Notes under the pieces: generated by a model | What the model was told of the DNA's origin: nothing | Databases searched by the model: none | What the model saw: the letters and a program-made list of their open reading frames with translations, nothing else | Part shown: one piece after another, positions 23,870 through 37,779 of the stretch | How the letters are laid out: each line of letters begins with the position of its first letter | How positions within the stretch are numbered: position 1 is the first letter of the stretch | Assembly: GCF_963921235.1 (NCBI RefSeq) | Contig: NC_086115.1 | Span: 59,272,001-59,336,000, forward strand | Direction: 5' to 3' | Origin: Mobula hypostoma | Taxonomy: Eukaryota | Length of the DNA stretch: 64,000 nt | Translations under genes and position numbers: made by a program

Positions 23870-24610
23870 AACCAAATCAGGTTTATTATCACCGGCGTAT
23901 GTTTGAAATTTGTGAACTTAGCGCTAGCAGTACAAAGCAATACATGATAACATGGAAAAAATAAGTAAATCAATTACAATAAGTACGTATATTAAATAGT
24001 TAAATTAAAAATAATGCAAAAACAGAAATACTAAAAAGAAAGTGATATAGTGTTCATAGGCTCAATATCATACCATAATATATATTTGGTATATTTTGCC
24101 ATGATTATATTTGGTAAATGGTTAACTAATGGAGTGGTGTCACAGCAGCAACCTTGCACTCAATGTCAGTAAGATGAAAGAGCTGATTGTGGACTTCAGA
24201 AAGGGTAAGATGAAGGAACATATACCAATCCTCATAGAGGAATCAGAAGTGGAGAGAGCGAGCAGTTTTAAGTTCCTAGGTGTCAAGATCTCTTAGGACC
24301 TAACCTGGTCCCAACATATCAATGCAGCTATAAAGAAGGCAAGACAGCGACTATACTTCATTAGGAGTTTGAAGAGATTTGGTATGTCAACAAAAACACT
24401 CAAAAACTTCTATAGATGTACTGTGGAGAGCATTCTGACAGGCTGCATCACTGTCTGGTATGGAGGTGGGGGGGGGGGGGCAACTGCACCAGACTGAAAG
24501 AAGCTGCAGAGGGTTGTAAATTTAGTCGGCTTCATCTTGGGTACTAGCCTACAAAGTACCCAGGACATCTTCAAGGAGCGATGTCTCGGAAAGGCAGCAT
24601 CCATTATTAT
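23870..24610. mobile_element. Rex/Babar-like LINE with an inverted structure (minus-strand 3' tail at 23870-24065, plus-strand RT fragment at 24125-24610)
   Basis: Both parts match the LINE at 61845-63298. Confidence 0.7.
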
Positions 24611-25527
24611 TATTTCAATGACGGTCTAAGCTGTAGAATTCAATATGTAAAACTATAAGGGACGCAGACTCAGTTGACACTTCTAAACACCAGCTCAAAA
24701 CCTATTTATTTAACCTTGATCTCATTGTAAAGCACTTTGAACTACACGATCTGTATGATCTGTCTGAAAAGTGTTCTATAAATATTTGTTATTATTACTA
24801 TTAATAACTGTATTTTGCCTAAATGTCTGCTGGCAATGTGTGATCTGATGTCAATCTTTTAACACAGTCATAGGAGAATAGTCAGTTTGAAGTCACATTC
24901 CTTGAAGGAATGAAGCTTTGTTTCAAAATACATGTTCATTATGTTTTATATTTTCAGCTTTATGCCTTTTATTTGCTGATATTTTTGGCACCTAAAAGTC
25001 TACATTGTTTCATTGGCTGAATAGTAGTTGGTGAACAATAAAACTCTTTCATAATCCTTTATTTAATGTAATGAAAAGTTCAAGCAAACACGTGGAAAAC
25101 CCATTTTAAAAGGACTGAAAGAAACAATTGAACACACTTGCATTAAAGGTGCAATTCCATATTGATAGTATATTGTTATATAGAGCACAGTATTATATCT
25201 GAGTTTGTGCCAGAGCAATGCTATCAATATTGCCTTTCCATTCATGCATAATTCATTTTAGTATGAATTTTTTATATCAAAGTTCAAAGTTCAAATTTAT
25301 TATTGAAGTATGTATACCACAAACAACCTTGAGATTCGTCTTCTTCCACAAAACAAAGAGACACAATAGAATTCTTGAAAAGCCACACACAACAAAGACT
25401 GGCAAATGTCCAGTCTTTTTATTGGAGAGAAAAATAATCCTTTTGAATGATTGTCTGTAACTTTAGTTAAGCTTTGCCACTGTTGGTGCTTTTTGTTATC
25501 ATAATGCTTTTTTAAAAATTTTAACAG

Positions 25528-26106
25528 CTCCACAACAAGGACTTGAATGCAGTGTGGATCTTTTGCTGCTAATTGATGGCTCAGCCAAGACAACCCTTGA
25601 AGGATTTCTCCAGCACAAAGCCTTTGTGAAAACATTTCTGCAGGTAGTGCTGACTGCAGACAGTCAAATTAACGTTGGCGTGGCACAGTACAGTGACGGA
25701 GTCCAAATGGAACTGCCTATGGGACTGCACCAGGATATATCAGATGTTGCTCGTAAGATTGAACTGATGCGTTTCAAAGGAGGCAGCACAAAGACTGGGA
25801 AGGCTTTAGAATACCTCACCCAGATTGGATTTAAAACCAGATCGACGGTTCCACATGTTCCTGAGGACCGTCCCCATGTTTTAGTTCTGCTAACAAACTC
25901 AAAATCAGACGATTCCATAGCTGAATCAGCCAAATACGCCAGAGAGCGAGAGGTCTTTCTCCTTGCAGTTGGAAGCCACAGTCTTCAGTCAGAACTGGTT
26001 GCAATTACAGGAAATCCCCAGCATACAGTCACATATTCAAATCCTCAACATTTCTTCAATCAGATTCCTGAACTAAGAACAAAAATCTGCAACATTGACA
26101 ATCAAG
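25528..26106 (+). CDS. VWA2: VWA2 exon, VWA domain 2
   Basis: Acceptor aacag, donor gtataa; 579 nt, phase 1-1; LECSVDLLLLIDGS...FNQIPELRTKIC; overlaps ORF 25554..26144. Confidence 0.96.
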
Positions 26107-27864
26107 GTATAAACACTTTCCTAAACTGTCCTTCATCTGGCTGAGCTGATAGCACTATGGTAAGATTGAAGACATGATCGGGGTCATCGCATTACATACT
26201 ATGCAGTCTTTAAAAGGATGAGTGGGGATCTCATTGACATTTACCACGTATTAAAAGACCTGTAGCCCAATGAACTTGTTTGCCTACCCAGTCAGTCAGG
26301 GAACCAGGAAAGCTAGAGAGGACAAGCGATTTTTATTATAAATAAAGAAAAGCATATAAATGACAGGGAAGAGATTTGTCCTCTGTTAAATGTGATGAAA
26401 GTGGAATGTTTTAATGTATTCCATTAAGTGGCTGAATTTTGGAAGTAAAGTAACAGCACCTTCTCTGCCTCCTCTGCCGCCCAGCCTTTTTATCTGGTGT
26501 CCTCCCCTTTCCAGTTCACTCCCAAAACATTGACTGTTCATTCATTTCCATAGGTGCTTCCTGACCTGCTGAGTTCCTCCAGCATTTTGTGTGTTGCTTT
26601 GGATTTCCAGCATCTACAGACTTTCACGTGTCAGCACTGTAGGTTTTAATCAAGACAGGAATTATTTGTACTCTATTTCAAATCAATGGTGCATTCACTT
26701 TACAGAGGGTAAAAGCTGAAAATTTGGCATACAGCAAGCTCATCACAAATCACCCCAGCACTACGTATAAAGTGTTACTTTCTGATTTGGATCTCTTAAG
26801 TTGTCTGTCAGACAAAATATTCTTCATGTTTAGTCTGACAGACACCCTTTTATCACATCCACGTTACAAGAAAATGCAAGGAATGCATTCACAGTGCTGG
26901 TTAATAACTTTACTGTTTTATGTTCTGACATTACAAACATCCTGGGAGAGGTGTGAATATGTTCTAATTTGTGAGCTGAACAGTAACTCCACAAAACTTC
27001 CTTCTTAAAAAAATATAATTGATTCTTCTACTTTTGCCAAAGATCCCTTCACCTTCAGGAATATGTTTTTCTCTAATACCTTGTGCTGTCAGGAACGCTG
27101 TGTGTCACCCTCACACCAGCAGTACTATGTATCTGTGCGGTTCTTATTCACACAACCTACTTATCCCTCCATAACATTTTGCTGCCCTAAACATACTTTC
27201 GTAATTTATTACAACCAGACTAAGGGATCTAGTGTATTTCCTTTTACCCTTAATCTTCAAATTCAGCATTCCTGCAGTTTCTGACCTTGGCACTTGTCCT
27301 CCACTGCGTGTTGATGTTTAGTAGGAGCCAGGCTTATCTTCATTCCTCAAACCACTTTATGCTTTAGTTGCGAGTTACTGAATCCAAAGGCCATTCTCTT
27401 TGGATGTTGTGATACATATCTGAATAAACATAATGGTCATCTTCATGCTCCAGAATACTTCCTTTTCTTCTTCTAGAATTGTTTCTCTTTCTCTCTTTTC
27501 TTTAACCCCCCAAACTTAGTTTCAGGTGCTGTACTTTGACCTCTTTAACCCTCTCTTTGCCCCTTCATGTCTGAAATCATTATGCATGCAACAATCTCCA
27601 GAATTAACTCTTTCTATGCTTTTCTCATTTATGATTGTAAAACTTGTGGAATGCTCTGTAACATGTGTCTTGCCTTACCGAGTCAAGCCATCAGGTCAAG
27701 TTTATCATCACATGCACAAATACAAATACAATGAAAAACTTGTTTGTAACACAGCCGTTATCCTGTTGAATAGTATTGGCTTCCCATCATCATTTGTCTT
27801 TGGATCACTTCAAATCCTTTCTTCCTTTTTATACCTGCAGTTTGCCCCTGGCCCTGCATCGTAG

Positions 27865-28750
27865 AACACAGAACACCATATCACAGTGCACGCTCTTTAG
27901 CCCAAGGTAGTGTGCACACCTTTTAACCTTCTCTAAGGTCAATCTATCCCTTCCCTACCCCATAGCCCTCCATTTTTCTTTCAGCCACATGTGCCTATCT
28001 CAGAGTCTCTTAAGTATCTGTAATGTATCTGCTTCTAGCACCACCCCTTGGCAACGTGTTCCATGCATCTGTGTAAAAAATGTAGCTCTGACACCCCCCG
28101 CCCCATACTTTCCTCCAATCACCTTAAAAAATTATGTCACCTCTTACTAGCCATTTCTGCCCTGGGGAAAAAAGTATCTGCCAATCCACTTTAGCTATAT
28201 CTCTTATCATCTTCCTTTCACCCTCCTTCACTCTAAAGCCAATAACCCTAACTTGCTCAACCTATCCTCATAAGGCATGATCTCTAATCCAGGCAACATC
28301 CTGGTAAATCTCCTTTGCACCCTCTTTAAAGCTTCCACATCCTTTCCTAAATCCTCATGTTTGGATTTATATGTGTAGACCTGCTTTTAATTCTCTGGAA
28401 TTTTCAAACTATCGCTTGGAATTTGTACTCGAGAACTCTCTATCACTTTTAAAAATCCTTGGAAGTGTGGTCAATGCACACCATTAACATTCTGTGAAGC
28501 TGGTTGGTGGAAAGTATAGATGGGATGTCAGGGATGGATTTCTTTTTACTCAGAGTGGTAGGTGCATGGAATGGGCTGTCAGGGGTGGTGCTAGAGGCAG
28601 ATACGTTAGAGACATGTAAGAGACTCTTAGATAGGCACATGGCTGAAAGAAAAAAGTAGGGCTATGTGGAAGGGAAGGGTTAGATTGATTATGAAGTAGG
28701 TTAAAATGTTGGGGAACATCGTGAACTTGTACTGTACTGTCCTATGATCT
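27865..28750. mobile_element. Two CR1 3' fragments in opposite orientation
   Basis: CR1 ORF2 end and tail motifs on the minus (27865-28345) and plus (28450-28750) strands. Confidence 0.65.
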
Positions 28751-28800
28751 ATTATATTACTGGGAATTTCTAATTCTGGGTCCACTCTCTTTCTGTGCAG

Positions 28801-29352
28801 GATGCTTATCCCAGCCTTTAGATCTCGTGTTTGCTTTGGATGCATCATCTGGAGTTGGAAAGGACAACTTTGATAAAGTGAAAGATTTTACGAAGGCTGT
28901 CACCATGCAGTTTGAAATAAACCGTGACGTTACTCAGGTTGGCCTCGTGATCTATGGCAGCAGTTCGAGGACAATTTTTGGTCTTGATGCGTTTGATTCA
29001 GGCCTTAACCTCCAGAAGGCCATTGACTTAGCTCCTTATTTGGGCGGAACTGCCTCCACTGGCAGTGTTCTCCTTCACATTTACGACGATGTGATGACTA
29101 TCCGACAAGGCGCCCGGCCTGGTGTGAATAAGGTGGTGGTGGTGCTAACAGATGGAGCAAGCACTGACGATGCAGCAGTTCCTGCACAGACTCTGAGGAA
29201 CAACGGCATCACCGTCTTTGCTGCAGGTATTGGTGACGTGCAGAAGGAGTCATTGCTAAGGATCACTAGCTCTGCCAATTACATGATAACTGTGCCATCC
29301 TTCGAGGATTTGAAATATTTTGACGAAATCATTGCTCACAGGATTTGTGAAG
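28801..29352 (+). CDS. VWA2: VWA2 exon, VWA domain 3
   Basis: Acceptor tgcag, donor gtaatt; 552 nt; GCLSQPLDLVFALDAS...GARPGVNK...LRNNGI. Confidence 0.97.
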
Positions 29353-29612
29353 GTAATTAGATGTATCTTGCCAAAAGAATTTCCATAATGCCTTTTTTAA
29401 ATTATTCTGTCAGATATTTAATTCATTGTTGTTAATTAAAGTAAATCAAATGCCTAGAGAGGAGTTTTTCTTGAGAATTTGATTGTGACTTGCACCAGGG
29501 TAAATCTGTAACAAGGGTACTGATCTGATCCCAAAGTGACTAGATTGGTACACTGCCAGGACCACTACGTGTAGGTTTTGAGGTGTATATGTAGGAGATT
29601 TAAGTGGTGGTC

Positions 29613-29975
29613 TGGAGAAACGTCTCTACCAAAGGAGGTGTAAGATGCTCCTTCCTTCACCAGCCTGCAGGTCACACTTGGGCAAGGTGTAGCACCTGCT
29701 TAGCCCCTGATCTGGGTCACGTGATGCCATGGGAGCAGGTGGTGGATGGCCGTATTAGCAGCTGGTGCATATCACAAGTCCTGGTTATGCGACCACTGAC
29801 GGCAGGCGGACCAACTCTGAAGAGTATTGATAATGGCTGGGGTCACCCGTCTTGTAAATTCACAACGCCGAAGAGGGTAATGGCAAACCATGTCTGTAGA
29901 AAATTTGTCAAGAACTGTCATGGTCATGGAAAGACCATCATTGTCCGCGTTATGGGGCACGGCATGTAACAAATT
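29613..29975 (+). mobile_element. SINE-like repeat with an RTE/BovB-type tail (copy 2)
   Basis: Full-length-looking copy: ggagaaacgtctctaccaaaggagg...aatggcaaacca... Confidence 0.8.
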
Positions 29976-31019
29976 AAGAATGTAGGAGACAGAGTGGTGA
30001 CCGTAGAGATGTATTTAAGAGGAGAGCAGACAGGGTGAAAGCACACCTTGTTTTCGTAGGGAGTGGGTGTTAAAACAAAAAGTATACAAGTGGATGAAGA
30101 CCAAGGGCAAGAGATTTACAAGGGATGTCGTGGCAGCTTCTTCATGCAAAGGGCAGTGCATATTCGATGTGAGCCATCAGAAACAGCTGTTGAGGTGGGC
30201 ACATTAGGAACATTCAAAAACCACCTAGGTAAGTACGTGGATACTAGAAGTTTATTTATTTACTGAGCTACCATGTGGAGCAAATCCTTCTGGCCCTTCA
30301 AGACATGCCACCCAGCTACCTTCGATTTGCCCTCGCCTAATCATAGGACAATTTACAATGACCAATTAACCGATAAAACGGTATGTTATTGGAACGTGAG
30401 AAGAAAACGGAGCCCACATTTCACGGGGTGGACATACAAATTCCTTACTGAGAACACTGCGATTGAAGTCTGAACTCCAAAGCCCTGAGCTGTAATAGTG
30501 TTGTGCTGACCACTACACTATGGGCCAAACACAGACAGCTGGGACTAGCCCAGTTGGCATAGACAAGTTGGGTTGGAGGGCCTGCTTGCATGTTGACTCT
30601 ATGATTGTGACGATGACCAGAGTGTGAAGAAACTTCTTCCCATGGCAAGTCTCTGTCTGGAAGCATTAGGTGAGGAGAATCTTAAGCTCAGTTTTGGTGC
30701 CTTCCCTTCATTGAAATATCCACTAATGCTAACTGGCAGAGCATATACTTCAATAAGATTAGCTTGGAAAGATATTGGAAAGTACCAAGCACCCACTACA
30801 GTCTACCCCAGTAAGTTCAAAATTCAAAATAAAATTTATAATCAGAGTACATACATGTCACCACACACAATCTTGAGATTATTTTTCTGCAGGCGTACTT
30901 AGCAAATCTATAGAACAGCAAGAAGTCCATGCCCTTCAGAGTTCAGGGAAAGCTTGCATGTGTTAACCAAACATTTTTTTATATGTTACTTTCATTTTTA
31001 AAGAGCCAAATTTAAAACT

Positions 31020-31740
31020 ATAAGGCATAGGAGAAGAATGAGGCCACGAAGCCCATTGAATCTGCTCCACCATTCCATCATGGCTGATTTATTATCCCTC
31101 TCAACCCCATTCTCCTGCCTTCTCCCCATAACCTTTGATGCCCCTGTTGGTCCGGGCTTTAATGTTGCAGTACCGTTTGCCGGACAGAAGCAGCTGAAAC
31201 AGTTTATGGTTGGGGCGACTAGTGTCCCATAGTAATCTTCCAGGCCTTCCTGCTGCTGTAAATGTACTCATTGGATGGAAGTTCACATCTACGGATCTGC
31301 TGGGCTGTTCATACCACTCTCTACAGTGCCCAGTGATCAGGGGTGGTGCAGTTCCCGTGCCAAGTGGTGATACAGCCAGTCAGGATGCTCCCTATGATGT
31401 GCCTGAAGAAGGTCTTGAGAATTTGTCTATTGAGGCCTTTTAATGTTCGATAGGTTTCAATGAGATCCCCCCTCATGCTTCGAAGTTCCAGATAGTACGT
31501 CCAGAACCATTAAATGGTTCAAAGATGTTAACCCTTTCATTTCCAGAATCATTCTTTTGAACCTCTCTGGACCTTCTCCAATACCATCTTTTCTTAGATA
31601 AGGGACACAAAACTACTCACAATACTCCAAGTGCTGTCTGACCAATGCTTTATAAAGCCTCAGCATTACACCTTTGCTCTTATATTCTTGTTCTCTCAAA
31701 ATAAATGCTAACATTGCCTTTCTCACCACCAACTCAACTT
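31020..31740 (-). mobile_element. CR1 fragment with a nested Rex-like fragment (31140-31425)
   Basis: CR1 tail and ORF2 remnants on the minus strand, flanking HKLFQLLLSGKRY. Confidence 0.65.
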
Positions 31741-32764
31741 AAAAAGAGAGATTGAGTTAATCTTTCTGCACCCTTGATTGTATTTTCACTCACTTGCAGC
31801 CAGGTTTGTTGTGATTGGAATGCCCTTCTGCATTCCTCCAGCTGAGAACTCTTATAAGACCTCAGTTTTGGACAGTGTCAGCACTCAATGCCTTCTGCCT
31901 TGACAGATCTGGCAGATAATATCAACAATGCATTTACTGTAAATCTATCAGCAAGTTATAATAAAGTTCAAGAAGCCATTGGCACACCGACCTTCAGTGT
32001 TAATACTCAAACTAAACATCATCAACAGAAATATATAAAATGCAGTTGAACCAATACTGGTGCACAGAGAAAAGGAAATTTAAATTAAAAGATAGCAGAT
32101 GGTAACTTCAATAAGGACACATGTCACATAACTGAATTACACATCTGGAACTAGAAATAGACTTGGATAGTTCATAATCTCAAAGTGACATTGGGAAGTA
32201 TCACGTACTGAACATAATCAGACTAATGTTAGGAAGCATTTCTTTACACAGATTTGTGGACACATGGAAGAAACTACCTAGTTGTGTAGTTCAGAGAGAG
32301 GTACCTTAAAGACGTTCAACTTTAAACTAATTAGTTATTTCAACACATTATGTGAACAGGAATTTGGCAAACTTTGTTGGGCCGAATGGCCTGTTCTTGT
32401 CAAAAATTTTCTAATGTTCTAGTGTTCTAAAAAAAAGGTAATTCCCTAATCAGTAATGAGATTCAAATATATAAGAATAAGTAATTTCCTATTCAGTAAT
32501 AAGTTCCAAGAGTGTAACTTATTGGCACCAAGCTAGCTGGAAGTGGAATTCTATCTCACTAAATCAGTGAGCCTCTGTACCTTCTTTCATCTTACAAGCT
32601 ACCAAGGACTGTGATCTTTTTTTAGCCTTCCCATTTTCTCATTGGTATACCAAAGGTCAGGAACTATGATTCTAGATCTCTCCACCTCTTCCTCTTTTTT
32701 AAGACCCACTTTAAATTCAAAACAATGTATTGTCGAAAAGTTATAGTGAACTGATTTGTTGCCT

Positions 32765-33125
32765 TGTTATGTGCCATGTCGTATGATGTCAGCAATCACG
32801 ATCTTTCTATGACCATGATTGTTCTTGGCAGACTTTTCTACAGAAGCGGTTTGCCATTGCCTTCTTCTGGGCAGTGTCTTTACTAGACCGATGACCCCAA
32901 CTATTATCGATACCCTTCAGAGGCTGTCTGCCTGGCATCAATAGTCGCATAACCAGGACTTGTGACATACACCAGCTGCTCATACGACTGCCCACCCGTG
33001 CTCCCGTGACCCGTGATCGATAGGGAGGGGGCCACTGAGCAGGTGCTGCACCTTGCCAAATGGTGACCTGCAGGCCAGCAGAGGGAGCGAGTGCCTTACA
33101 TCTCCTTTGGTAAAGATGTATCTCC
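32765..33125 (-). mobile_element. SINE-like repeat with an RTE/BovB-type tail (copy 3)
   Basis: Homologous to 29613-29975. Confidence 0.8.
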
Positions 33126-33429
33126 ATCCAAGTAAACTGATTAATCAAAGTAAATTGGATGTGGCATACAACAGAGAAGTTTAGATTTGGTAGGTTATGT
33201 TAAGGTAATTTTCCTACTCTAAGATTAAATTTCACAAATGATATTTAGATGACTATTGATATCAATTTATCTTGTAATCACAATAACTTTGAGTTAAATA
33301 AATGCATCAATTAATTATTTTATACCTCCAACATATTTTTCCTTCTGATGTTATTCAGTCTTCTTGAGCACAACTTTACGGTAAAAGTGACCAGGCTGAA
33401 TCTTCCACAAAGGGCAATTCCAACTTTTA

Positions 33430-34205
33430 TGATTCCTGGTAGAAGAAATAAATGAATAGACTATATTCTAACCAGGGAGAAAATTCAAAAATCAGATGTG
33501 CAAATGAACTTGGGAGTCATTGAACAGAATTCCCTAAAGGTTAACTTACAGGTTGAGTCAGTGGTGAGAAAGGAAAATGCAATGTTGGCATTCATTTCAA
33601 GAGGACTAGAATATAACAGCAAGGATGTAATAATGCTGAGGCTTTGTAAGGCATTGATCAGACTGCACGTGGAGTATTGTGAGCGATTTTGTGCCGTTTA
33701 TCTGAAGTGTGCTGGCATTGCAGAGAGTCTAGAGGAGGTACACGAGAAAGATTCTGAGAATGTAAGTGTTAATGTATGAGTGTTTGATGTCTCTGGGTCA
33801 TTGGAGTTTGGAAGAATTGGGGGTGGCGGGGGGTGATTTCATTGAAACCTGTTGAATATTCAAAGGCCTAGAAAGAGTGGATCTGGAGGGCATGTTTCCT
33901 CTGGGAGCAGAATGTGTAGTCTTGGAATAGAGAGGCATCGATTTGGAACAGAGAATAGGATGAAATTTCTTTAGCCAAACCGTGGTGAATCTATGAAACT
34001 CATTGCCACAGATGGTTATGGAGGCCAAGTCATTTAAAGTGGAGGTTGATAGGTTGATAGGCACCTGATTAGTCAGGGTGCCAAAGGTTATGCAGAGAAG
34101 GGAGGAGAATAGAACTGAGAGGGGTATTAAATCATCCATGATGCAATGGTGGAGTAGACTCAAAAGATAAATGACCTAATTGTGCTTCTATGTCTTATGG
34201 TCTGT
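33430..34205 (+). mobile_element. CR1 3' fragment
   Basis: NAMLAFISRGLEY...LHVEYC; CR1 tail. Confidence 0.8.
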
Positions 34206-35938
34206 TTGACCAGTCAGAAGGGCATCACAATATGGCTACTGCATTCAGCAGTAAATAAGAGATAATGTTAAAATGGAGTATAAAGTTATTGACCAAAAAT
34301 ACTTCTTGCATTTTTTTTCAAAATGGGTGTGTAACAGGCTATGCAGGCTAACTAACCTCTTTATTTAAAATAAAAGGAATGAATATAATAAGGACATTGT
34401 CATGGGGTTTCCAGACCTTTAGTCTGAGCATCAGCATTGCCAGTTCAGTAATTTAACCTCTACTATGATCCTTGCTGTTTGCTGACCATGTTTATAAGAT
34501 TGTGATATGAATGCACCTTTAACTCTCATTACACAAGCCTGTTTAGCAGAATTGCTCAGTGATTTCATGCATCGAAAGGAGAGTCATCCCCACCATGCCA
34601 ATCCAAAATGGTAAAATCTGTCCAGTGCGAACTGTAACGGGCCAGTTTGTAAAGGTGTTGCAATGTCATATGGTAAACCAGTTAGAGCTACTGGCTAAAA
34701 TCAGAGGAGCTATTTGATCCCTCTGAATTTGTTGCACTGTGTTATTAGTGGTTTATGATAACAAAACATGTTTTGAAAATGTGTTTAGTTTGTGAGGAAT
34801 TTTACCTTTGATCTTTTTTGACTTTGTAACATGCTCTTTTCTCAGAAAGTATAGGCTTGCACTTCAAAAGATGAAGCCTTTTTGAACTTGGGGATAACTT
34901 TGAATCTGTCTCTTAACTGAGTTTACTTTACTGTAAAGATCTTTAGAAGAAGCATGCCTACTTTAAGAACTGTACAAACCACAGTATGTAATTCGAATTA
35001 TGCATTCTGGAGCTTGCAAATTTCCAGTGTATTTCTATAAGCAGAGGAGTAATGCTGTGCATTGTCCGTGCTACAGTTTGAATAATAATTCCTTACATAA
35101 CTGCACATTTCTTCTTTTTGTCATTATTTGAAAGCACAGGAAAGTGCCTTTACGAATGCATACCTTTTGTTTTGGATGGACCATGGTTTTCTTAAGAATT
35201 GCAACTAGAATAAATGGGTAACTTTTTTAATTAAAAGGTCCTCTGCAAATTCGATTAAATGAATTATGAGGCCAGCTTATAATCAAATGTATTACGTGAG
35301 AAAAATTGCCCAGTGCAGGTCTACTGAACAGCCCACGTTAATGTATTTGGTCATTTGCCAGATCAACTACAGCCTGATCGATATTGAGACTTGCATGAAC
35401 CTACCTTTTACACCATGTTTTAGTGAAAAACATTCATAACTCTAATGGGAATTGCTAGCTCACTCTGCTGACCATCGTGGTATTTCAAATCACAGTGAAC
35501 TAAAAATTATTATTTTCTTATAAATGCAAGTTCAAATCATAATCCTGTACATAAGGATGCATTTGTGCTGATATCAGGTGTTTTCACTAGTTGCACTCAA
35601 TAATTGTGATTAATTACTCTGCAGTTTTTAATCCCTTTTGTGAATTGAATAGGATGCTTATTGTTTCAGTCAATTGATTAATGTTGGAATATCTTATATT
35701 AATTCCCAACCCCGCCACCTGCTTTTCAAAGCGAAAGGCTGGTCAGATTAAAGGATTAGGGTGGTTTATTACCTAGAGAAAAGATTATGGCGAGTAAAAG
35801 AGATGGTTTACGACAGAGAAATGGAATGCATGGGAAAGATAAGAGCTGATTTGAGAAGGTGATGAACATAAGGAATTACATCAATGGAAAATATTTTGAC
35901 ACCATTTTGGTGAATGTGTTTCTGCATTATTTTAACAG

Positions 35939-36061
35939 TGGCCAAGCAGCCAGTCAACTTGTGCAGACCCAATCCATGTATGAACGGAGGGGAGTGCGTA
36001 CTTCATGCTGGAAGATATCATTGTGAGTGTAAAGGCTGGGAAGGAGTGCACTGTGAACACA
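35939..36061 (+). CDS. VWA2: VWA2 exon, EGF-like domain 2 (VAKQPVNLCRPNPCMNGGECVLHAGRYHCECKGWEGVHCEH)
   Basis: Acceptor aacag, donor gtaagt; 123 nt; AKQPVNLC matches VWA2; missed by the ORF track. Confidence 0.96.
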
Positions 36062-36726
36062 GTAAGTATTCAGCTCAACTGCAGTGTTGTTAAACGCTTG
36101 GTCTGAACGCTAATGTGGGACAATAAACTATTCCGTCATAAGCACTGCCTATCAGGTCACTTATCTCTAGATCAGCCAGGAGTGAAGTTTCAGCAGCAGC
36201 CACTGGCGTCAATGTTATGACTTGCCAGTGCAGATCTGTACTGCGAGGTAATCTTTCTCATTTTTAACCACCCCCAACTCAATGACTATGTAGATAAACA
36301 GGAAAAATGCACAAAGCTCCACAAAGCAAAAGGTAAGACAACCAGCAAAGCACTTGAACCGATCCATAAATAAGCCTGATGTGTACTGAATTGAAAGTAG
36401 TTTAAAAGGCCAAGGAGAAATATCCTTCATGATTCAAAGAATTTTGTAGTATGTTTGGAAATTTCAAAGCGTTTTCTCCACTTGCCAAGAGTGGTGAATT
36501 CATAAGTTGATAATTCATCAATACTTCATACTTACTTCATGAGAGTGTATTTACATTTCAGAAGAATTTTTTGACTGTAAAATGCATCAGTGTAATCTGT
36601 GGTTATGAAAACGTTTTTTAAAATGCACTAACTTATTTTCCTTTTCTCAAAGTTATTTTATAATTCAACCATTTGGGAATCTCGATGGTTCAGCATCTCA
36701 CTCAGCTAGTGTTGTTTGCTGTGTTC

Positions 36727-37150
36727 TCCTGAAGCTCACCCAAGATCGAGCCCCCGCATTTCCCTGAAACTCACCAGGGACCTGGTCCCCACATTTCCCT
36801 GAAGCTCACCCAAGATCGAGCCCCCACATTTCCCTAAAACTCACCAGGGACCTGGTCCCCACACTTCCCGGAAATTAACCAGGGGGACCTGATCCCTACA
36901 CTCCCCTGAAACTCACCCGAGGTTGAGTCCCTGCATTTCCCTAAAACTCACCAGGGACCAGGTTCCCACACTTCCCTAAAACTCACCAGGGACCTGGTCC
37001 CCACACTTCAAACTCACCAGGGACCTGGTCCCCACACTTCCCTAAAACTCACCAGGGACCTGGTCCCCACATTTCCATAAAACTCACCAGGGACCTGGTC
37101 TCCACAGTCCTCTGAAATTCACCAGGCACCTGGTCCCCACTCTTCCCTGG
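36727..37150. repeat. 35-bp minisatellite, about 12 units
   Basis: Unit ccctgaaactcaccagggacctggtccccacattt, with a variant unit containing cccaagatcgag. Confidence 0.9.
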
Positions 37151-37779
37151 GTCCTGGTTTCCACTCTCCGTTGAGTCTCAACAGAGCCCTGGTTCCTCTG
37201 CTTCCTACTTCACTGGCAAACTTATTATGATACAATGTAACATTTAAGATCAACTACAGTATTTTGCTATATTAATAAGAATAACCTCCAACAGTCTTGA
37301 AGATCTGCCAGTCTGGCATCACAAAAGTGTGTTGGATTATTACACATAGAATAAATTTTAGTCATTTTCTACATACTACATCTTGTTGTGTTTTTTTTTC
37401 CCCAGCAGTAAGTTTTAAACCCAAATTTAAAACCATTTCTCACTGTCACCAAAATGTTCTTGTGGCTAATATAATTACTGTTCTGTTTGTAAAAATATTT
37501 TCTTTGGCTTTGTGGCACCCTACAGTTTCCCAGCTTTGTAAAACCAGAAGAAACCGCATTGCCCTTGGCCCTTACCTTTAGTTTCTTTGACAATGAACAG
37601 GTGTTTGGAACAGATGCTATATTTTTGTTGGGAGGTTACGAACGTGAGATATCAACACTGACTGAATATGTTGGCGCTTTAGTTTAAGGATTGAAGGGTG
37701 GCAGCAGTTTATGAAAAGTAAATCCATTGGGAAGTTATGAACATTATGCTGTGAATACTTCACAATTCAGAAAGCTACC

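Noticed and set aside
25554-29360. ORFs 25554..26144 and 28827..29360 as separate VWA genes (matrilin or collagen VI)
   Set aside because: They are internal VWA2 exons; splice sites and phases join them into one AMACO-type reading frame
34250-35900. Long repeat-poor intronic stretch as a possible conserved enhancer
   Set aside because: Cannot be supported without cross-species alignment or chromatin data
36727-37150. CRISPR-like array (35-bp repeats with a palindrome)
   Set aside because: The units are contiguous with no unique spacers, the context is a vertebrate intron, and there are no cas genes
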